Below are positions 14,393-20,048 of a DNA stretch of 20,048 bases, piece after piece; the first letter of the stretch is position 1; each line of letters begins with the position of its first letter. A program made the position numbers and the translations under genes. Below the pieces are notes generated by a model. That model made no database searches. It was given only the letters and a program-made list of their open reading frames with translations, and was not told where the DNA came from. Location of the stretch: NCBI GenBank assembly GCA_022560555.1, contig JADFSZ010000006.1:1-20048 (forward strand), in the 5' to 3' direction. The stretch is from PVC group bacterium. GTDB lineage: Bacteria; GCA-001730085; JADFSZ01.

Positions 14393-16042
14393 ATGTCGCA
14401 AGCAAAAACAATTTTAGTCACCTCTGCGCTTCCCTACGCGAACGGTCCGATTCACATCGGTCATCTGCTTGAGTATATTCAAACGGATATTTTCGTACGC
14501 TATCAAAAGCTCCGCGGACAAACATGTTACTATTTTTGCGCTGATGACGCGCATGGTACGCCCATCATGATTTCCGCGCGGAACGCAAACATCTCCTGCG
14601 AAGAACTGATCAAAAAATATTCTGAAGAACACCAGAGAGATTTTCGAACGTTTTCAGTCGCTTTCGATAATTATACCTCGACACACTCCCCCGAAAATCA
14701 GGAACTTGTTTATCATATTTACGATGAACTCAAAAAGAAAAACAATATCGATTCTCGCGTTATCGAGCAATTTTATTGCGAACGAGATACCATGTTTCTA
14801 CCTGATCGCTTTATTCGCGGACAATGCCCCCGCTGTCAGGCCGAAGATCAGTACGGGGATGTATGCGAGTCGTGCGGTGCCACATATCACGCGAGCGAAA
14901 TCAAGAATCCTGCCTGCAGCATCTGCGGACAAAAACCTGTCATCAAAAGGTCCAATCACTTTTTCTTTCGTCTGAACGATTATAAAAAAGAGCTCATCTC
15001 CTGGATTGAAGAAGGACATGTACAGGTTGAAGTTAAAAATAAGCTTCAGGAATGGCTTCAGGGTGAGCTTAGAGATTGGGATATCTCCCGTGACGGGCCC
15101 TATTTTGGATTCCCGATTCCTGATGAAGATAACAAATATTTTTATGTCTGGCTGGATGCTCCCATCGGATACATGGCGTCCACAATAGATTATTGTCGGA
15201 AAAACAATCTTGATTTTGATAAGCTCTGGAAGGGTGATACGGACATCTATCATTTTATCGGAAAAGACATTATGTATTTTCACTGCCTCTTTTGGCCTGC
15301 CATGCTCATGGGCTCCGGCTATACGCTTCCAAAAGAAGTCTGTATCCACGGATTTCTCACCGTTGACGGTGTCAAAATGTCCAAATCCCGCGGAACATTT
15401 ATCAAGGCTGAGGTGTTTGCCAAACACATTGAGCCTGAGTTTTTGCGTTACTATTACGCGTCCAAACTCACCCGCTCGATTGATGACATTGATTTGTCGC
15501 TTGAGGATTTTGTTTTCAAGATCAATGCGGATATTATCGGTAATTTTGTGAATATATTTTCACGCGCAACAAAACTTATTTCAAAGCTTAATAATACATT
15601 AGCCGATGTTATTGATTCGAACGACCCGATTTTAAGAGAATTTCAGAACGCGAATGAATCTATCGCGGACATGTACGCATCACGGAATTTTTCCGGTGCC
15701 ATCCGAAAAATCATGAAGCTTTTCAGTGACCTCAACAAATATTTCAATGACGCCTCTCCCTGGATTGTAATTAAAGAAGATCCGGAACGTGCCCGTCAGA
15801 TTCTCTCAACGACTCTCGCGGCCGGCGCATGGGGGAGCGTTTTTCTTAAGCCGGTGATTCCGGGGATAATTAAAAAAATCGAGGACATGCTTGATATTGG
15901 AATATTAACTTGGAAAGATATTGAAGATGATTCAAGCCTGTTGAAAAAATTGTCTCACCATACTATCAAAGACTATGTGCGTCTTGCCGATCGCATTGAA
16001 CTAAAGCAAATTGACGGTATGATCGAAGAGTCGAAAGAGTAA
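14393..16042 (+). CDS. metG: Methionine--tRNA ligase (short form without the C-terminal tRNA-binding/dimerisation domain)
   Basis: 549 aa. It has the HIGH motif (PIHIGHLLEY), KMSKS (VKMSKSRG), and a Zn knuckle with CPRC...CESC...CSIC. Confidence 0.95.
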   Translation: MSQAKTILVTSALPYANGPIHIGHLLEYIQTDIFVRYQKLRGQTCYYFCADDAHGTPIMISARNANISCEELIKKYSEEHQRDFRTFSVAFDNYTSTHSPENQELVYHIYDELKKKNNIDSRVIEQFYCERDTMFLPDRFIRGQCPRCQAEDQYGDVCESCGATYHASEIKNPACSICGQKPVIKRSNHFFFRLNDYKKELISWIEEGHVQVEVKNKLQEWLQGELRDWDISRDGPYFGFPIPDEDNKYFYVWLDAPIGYMASTIDYCRKNNLDFDKLWKGDTDIYHFIGKDIMYFHCLFWPAMLMGSGYTLPKEVCIHGFLTVDGVKMSKSRGTFIKAEVFAKHIEPEFLRYYYASKLTRSIDDIDLSLEDFVFKINADIIGNFVNIFSRATKLISKLNNTLADVIDSNDPILREFQNANESIADMYASRNFSGAIRKIMKLFSDLNKYFNDASPWIVIKEDPERARQILSTTLAAGAWGSVFLKPVIPGIIKKIEDMLDIGILTWKDIEDDSSLLKKLSHHTIKDYVRLADRIELKQIDGMIEESKE

Positions 16043-16145
16043 AAATCTGTGATGAGTAAATGGTAAATCGTAAATGGTTTAAAAAATTAAAGGATCAGAT
16101 TTTTCGCGGATACGCCGATGAAGCCCCAAACATATATCCTCCCTC

Positions 16146-18029
16146 CTACATTTGATGGGTATTCGTCTTATGAATCATAATATCATTTTCCAGCCATTTA
16201 TATTCCCCCGCCAAAACTTTTTTCACAAGATCTTTGCTGACTCGATCACTGTTGTGATTCACCGATCGAAAAATCTGACGAATCCTCAGACGTGATTCCC
16301 GGCAAAATAAATCTGCCAGTTCCACAGAATTTTTCTTTTCATCTGATTTTTTGGACAATTCGGTCGCGTATGAACAAACACAAGTCATCGCGAACAATTC
16401 ACATCCAATATCAACGAAACGATTCAGGATATTCTGCTTGCCTTCAAGCTTTTTTTGGTAACGCATCATCTTATAAAACAAACGCCGCGCGAGTTTTTTG
16501 CTCGTGAGTGACACATAAATCATATGCCCAATCAATTTTGCGGGCATGCCCATGTATGTTTTTAAGTTCACCCACGGGATATACTGCCAGGGAAGCCATA
16601 ACGAGTAATACCCCATCATGGAAAACACAGCTAAGATCTTAGCGCCTAAACTTGTCCGGGAACTTATGAGAGGCTTGATCTTCTGCATATGCGGATCCAA
16701 AGCTTCACGGGCTATAAACAAATGCATAATCTCGCTCGTTCCCTCAATAATCAAATTAATCCGGGAATCTCTGAAAATGCGCTCCACCGGAAAATCCGTT
16801 TCCCCCCGCTCTCGTAAAGAAACGGAAGACTCATAACCGCACCCTGCCCGAATCTGAACGGTATCATCGATAATCCGCCACCCGGCTTCGGTGCAAAATA
16901 ATTTCGCGACGGCTGCTTCCAAACGAATGTCAAATTTTTTGGCGTCTGCCATATGCGATACAAGCCATGTCATAGCTTCCATCGCAAAAACATTTGCCGT
17001 CATACTTCCGATTTTCGCCGAAATGCTTTCGTGCTCTCCGATCACTTGTCCCCATTGCTTACGTTCTGACGCCCAGCGACGCGAAACATTCAGACACCAT
17101 TTCCCCACTCCTGTGGTCGCCGCGGGCATCGTGAGCCGCCCCGTGTTTAAGGTCATCAACGCGAGTTTTAAACCCTGTCCTTCTCCCAAAATAATATTTT
17201 CTTTCGGAACTAAGACATCCTCGAAAATAAGAACACCGTTTTGAATCCCATGTAAACCCATAAAAGAACAACGATGTTCCACACGAAATCCCGGAGAATT
17301 TGTCTCGACAATAAACGCCGTGATCTGCTTTCGTTCCTTCCCATAAACAATTTTCGGAGGTGTTACGGCCATCACAACAATAATGTCCGCAATTGTTCCG
17401 TTCGTGCACCAGAGTTTTTTGCCGTTAAGACGAAACGTTTTTCCGTCTTCCAAAGGCGTTGCTGTCGTCACCATGCTTCTTGGATCCGACCCCGCCTCCG
17501 GCTCCGTGAGGGCAAAAGCAGAAATCGCGTCCTTTCTAAACCGCGGCAGAAATTTTCGTTTTTGTTCTTCCGTTCCGAAAAGAATCAAAGGTTGAGGCAC
17601 CCCAATACTCTGATGCGCGGACAATAAAACGGCCGTAGATCCACAGTGTGACGCCACAAGATGAATCGCCCTATTGTAATTCACTTGACTGAAGCCCAGG
17701 CCGCCGTAATCTTTGGGAATTTTGATGGCAAAAGCTCCTAAATCGAACAGCCTCTTTATCGCGTCAGACGAGATCTCTCCGGTACGGTCAATTTCTTCAG
17801 CGTTAATATATTTTTTCAGGAATTCTTCCAGTTTGACTAAAAAATCATCCCCTTCTTTTTTGTCATGGGGATTCTGTTTGGGAAAAGGGGATACAAGGTC
17901 CCAGCGCACACGCCCTTGGAACAACTCAACCAAAAAGCTGGGATGCACCCAGGCTTCCTCTCGGGAAGCCTCGGCCAGTTCCAGGGATGCGCGCTTTTCC
18001 TCACTTATATTTTTATGGAACATGCCCAT
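16146..18029 (-). CDS. Long-form acyl-CoA dehydrogenase (VLCAD/ACAD9-like, with N- and C-terminal extensions)
   Basis: 627 aa. It has FALTEPEAGSD, GKKLWCTNG and IIEGTSEIM. A GGGAGAG SD precedes the ATG. It lies 31 nt downstream of the FadB-type gene, so the two probably form an operon. Confidence 0.9.
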   Translation of the reverse strand: MGMFHKNISEEKRASLELAEASREEAWVHPSFLVELFQGRVRWDLVSPFPKQNPHDKKEGDDFLVKLEEFLKKYINAEEIDRTGEISSDAIKRLFDLGAFAIKIPKDYGGLGFSQVNYNRAIHLVASHCGSTAVLLSAHQSIGVPQPLILFGTEEQKRKFLPRFRKDAISAFALTEPEAGSDPRSMVTTATPLEDGKTFRLNGKKLWCTNGTIADIIVVMAVTPPKIVYGKERKQITAFIVETNSPGFRVEHRCSFMGLHGIQNGVLIFEDVLVPKENIILGEGQGLKLALMTLNTGRLTMPAATTGVGKWCLNVSRRWASERKQWGQVIGEHESISAKIGSMTANVFAMEAMTWLVSHMADAKKFDIRLEAAVAKLFCTEAGWRIIDDTVQIRAGCGYESSVSLRERGETDFPVERIFRDSRINLIIEGTSEIMHLFIAREALDPHMQKIKPLISSRTSLGAKILAVFSMMGYYSLWLPWQYIPWVNLKTYMGMPAKLIGHMIYVSLTSKKLARRLFYKMMRYQKKLEGKQNILNRFVDIGCELFAMTCVCSYATELSKKSDEKKNSVELADLFCRESRLRIRQIFRSVNHNSDRVSKDLVKKVLAGEYKWLENDIMIHKTNTHQM

Positions 18030-18060
18030 ATATTCTCTCCCTAATCAAACCCGTTATAAA

Positions 18061-20048
18061 TTAACTATAAAACTTTTTGTTATTTTTTTCCAAATTTAAT
18101 ATATAATCGGACGGTTTAAAACGATTTTCATTAACGTTTTTCTCAAGATCCTTGAGTTTACGTACAATGTTTGGAATCCCGCATTGATCCGCATATCTTA
18201 AAAGACCCCCTCTGAAAGGAGGAAATCCTGTCCCCATAATCATTCCTATGTCCACATCCGACGCTTCGCGGCAAATTCCTTCTTCTAAACAACGTCCGGC
18301 CTCATTGATCATTACGTAAATAGTTCGTTCAATCACGTGTTCGCTTAACATATGTTCATGCCCATTTGAACACAATCGTTCAATATCGGGATTGGGTTTT
18401 CGCTTTTTCTTATCATGTATATAAAATCCTCTGCCTCCTTTTTTTCCGAGAAATCCTTCATCGCACATGGACTTCAAAATAGGAGCTACCGCCATCCGAG
18501 GCCCAAAACAATCTTCTAGAATTTTGGCTACTTTATATCCGACATCTAAGCCAATCTCATCCATCAAGATAAACGCTCCCATCGGCATGCCGAAATCAAG
18601 AAGAACTTCATCAATCCATTCAAACGACTGCCCTTCAGCGGTTAAATACCCGGCTTCATTTAAGAATGGCAGTAATATCCTATTGATCAAAAATCCGGGG
18701 CCGTTTTTAACCACAATCGGGGTTTTCCCAAGTTTCCTTGAAAGATCCACAATCGTGGCCACAGCTGTGTCGGATGTTCGTTCTGCCCGGACTACTTCAA
18801 CAAGGGGCATCCGGTGCACGGGATTAAAAAAATGCATACCAACGGCTCGTTCGGGATCTTTGAGCACGCCCGCAATCTCATCCAGAGACAACGCGGATGT
18901 GTTTGTCGCCAAGATCGCGTCCGGTCTGGTCCATTGATCCAATTCCTTAAAAACACTTTTTTTAATATCCATTTTCTCAATCACAGCTTCAATCACAATG
19001 TCCGCCAAACGAAATCCGGAGTAGTCCAAAGTGGCGGAAATGCGTGACATTCGGGCATTGGCTTCGCCTGAATTCAGCCGCCTTTTTTTCACAAGACTTT
19101 GAAACAATTTCCAAGCGCTCTTTAACCCGATCAGAATGGCTTTTGGATCAATATCTTTCATGCGAACGGAGACATTATGATGGCTCAACAGCTGCGCGAT
19201 TCCTCCGCCCATTACCCCCGCGCCAAGGACAGCAGCGGAATCAATAGGTCTTCCTTGAGCCTCAGTCCATTTTTCTTTTTTATACCGCTCAAGCAAATAG
19301 AAAACTTGAATCAAATTTTTGGAAATGTTTCCCAAAACGAGCCCCCCAAAAGCTTGGGCTTCTCTTTGAAGCGCCTTGGGACGAGTTGACGCATAATTAT
19401 CCATTATCACATCCAGCGCCGCAAGCGGGGCCGGATAAAGTCCGCGGGTTTGAGCCAAAACCATTTTTTTCGCTTTAGCTTTTACAAGCATCCGTCCGAA
19501 AGGCGTATCTTCTAAAATCCGCATCAGAATTTTCTTTTTTCTTTTTGTAATGGCTCGTCTTTTCTGAAATTTGTGCTTTGTGAGAAAATCCCTAACGGTC
19601 TGATCGATCAAACCGTCCGGGGCCAACCCATCAATCAGCCCCATTCGTAAGGCCCGGTTTCCGTCCACGACCTTCCCCTGGAGGATCATCTCCAGCCCCT
19701 TTCCAAGACCGATTAAACGCGGCAGCCTCCATGTTCCACCAAACCCGGGAAGGATTCCCAATTTTACTTCCGGCAAGCCCATCCGGACTTTCGGATGAAA
19801 TGTGGCAAATCGGTATTGGCATGCAAGGGCAAGCTCCAGCCCACCCCCCAACGCGGCTCCGTTAATCAACGCCACTGTAGGAAACGGTAAATCCTCAAGT
19901 TCATTTAAGATTTCCTGACCTTCAGCAGATTTTTTTATCCCATCTTCACGTTCTTTAATCCCGTCAATCTCTTTGATATCAGCCCCGGCAATAAACATTC
20001 CGGATTTAGCACTTTTCACTAAAAGAGCCTTGATGTCTTTGTTGGTTT
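18061..20048 (-). CDS. Bifunctional enoyl-CoA hydratase / 3-hydroxyacyl-CoA dehydrogenase (FadB/FadJ type); the N-terminus is cut by the right edge
   Basis: The track starts it at GTG 20019. The frame stays open to 20048 (...TNKDIKALLVKSAKSGMFIAGADIKEI), which is mid-crotonase fold, so the true start lies outside the window. The NAD site VLGAGVMGGGIA and the HACD C-terminal domains are present. Confidence 0.9.
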   Translation of the reverse strand, partial: TNKDIKALLVKSAKSGMFIAGADIKEIDGIKEREDGIKKSAEGQEILNELEDLPFPTVALINGAALGGGLELALACQYRFATFHPKVRMGLPEVKLGILPGFGGTWRLPRLIGLGKGLEMILQGKVVDGNRALRMGLIDGLAPDGLIDQTVRDFLTKHKFQKRRAITKRKKKILMRILEDTPFGRMLVKAKAKKMVLAQTRGLYPAPLAALDVIMDNYASTRPKALQREAQAFGGLVLGNISKNLIQVFYLLERYKKEKWTEAQGRPIDSAAVLGAGVMGGGIAQLLSHHNVSVRMKDIDPKAILIGLKSAWKLFQSLVKKRRLNSGEANARMSRISATLDYSGFRLADIVIEAVIEKMDIKKSVFKELDQWTRPDAILATNTSALSLDEIAGVLKDPERAVGMHFFNPVHRMPLVEVVRAERTSDTAVATIVDLSRKLGKTPIVVKNGPGFLINRILLPFLNEAGYLTAEGQSFEWIDEVLLDFGMPMGAFILMDEIGLDVGYKVAKILEDCFGPRMAVAPILKSMCDEGFLGKKGGRGFYIHDKKKRKPNPDIERLCSNGHEHMLSEHVIERTIYVMINEAGRCLEEGICREASDVDIGMIMGTGFPPFRGGLLRYADQCGIPNIVRKLKDLEKNVNENRFKPSDYILNLEKNNKKFYS

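Noticed and set aside
14798-15427. 209-aa minus-strand ORF inside metG. Similar antisense ORFs lie inside the ACAD and FadB genes (for example 16891..17244, 17059..17409, 18467..18937).
   Set aside because: They are antisense to genes with unambiguous family signatures, which is typical of shadow ORFs.
16043-16145. GTAAAT(G/C) heptamer repeated three times (gtaaatggtaaatcgtaaatgg), and a long-range pairing of AAAAATCTG (16041..16049) with CAGATTTTT (16096..16104), in the metG/ACAD spacer.
   Set aside because: The repeat is too short and AT-rich to distinguish from chance. The pairing encloses a 46-nt loop and is mostly A:T, so it is not a credible intrinsic terminator.
1-20048. Looked for CRISPR arrays, tRNA/rRNA/tmRNA/SRP RNA, IS elements or inverted terminal repeats, integrases, and toxin-antitoxin or defence-system genes.
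   Set aside because: I saw none. Every ORF of at least 100 aa that is not an antisense shadow has a metabolic or envelope assignment, and no spaced direct-repeat arrays are present.

Overview
Dense, mostly housekeeping or envelope chromosomal segment from an unidentified, moderately AT-rich bacterium. Many genes carry strong AAGGAG-type Shine-Dalgarno sites. I support 18 protein-coding genes, two of them cut by the window edges, plus one possible 45-codon sORF. From left to right: a secreted low-complexity protein (partial), a YhiN/HI0933-type flavoprotein, and the sORF followed by an Amt ammonium transporter with a textbook terminator. Next come a secreted Gly-Tyr-Lys repeat protein with a DUF1223 thioredoxin-like protein, then a TMTC-like multi-pass membrane protein with a TPR domain (GT-C glycosyltransferase fold). 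These are followed by a secreted PQQ-type sugar dehydrogenase, an extended-SDR nucleotide-sugar epimerase/dehydratase, and a Gfo/Idh/MocA oxidoreductase coupled to a Dpm1/ArnC-like GT2. The right half holds a NirD-like Rieske protein with a class-V PLP enzyme that lacks the SufS catalytic Cys, a HAD hydrolase, Nif3, MetG, and a beta-oxidation pair (long acyl-CoA dehydrogenase plus FadB-type bifunctional enzyme, partial). I found no rRNA, tRNA, CRISPR array, transposase, integrase, or recognisable defence or toxin-antitoxin genes. There is no clear-cut novel multi-gene system. The best candidates for undescribed biology are (a) a possible polyprenyl-phosphate-dependent periplasmic glycosylation module built around a divergent TMTC-like GT-C enzyme, (b) two secreted intrinsically disordered repeat proteins, one with FUS-like or mussel-foot-like GYS/GYK repeats, (c) a Rieske plus Cys-less SufS-like pair, and (d) the sORF with a perfect SD ahead of amt. 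All functional calls rest on by-eye motif recognition, and no database search was possible.
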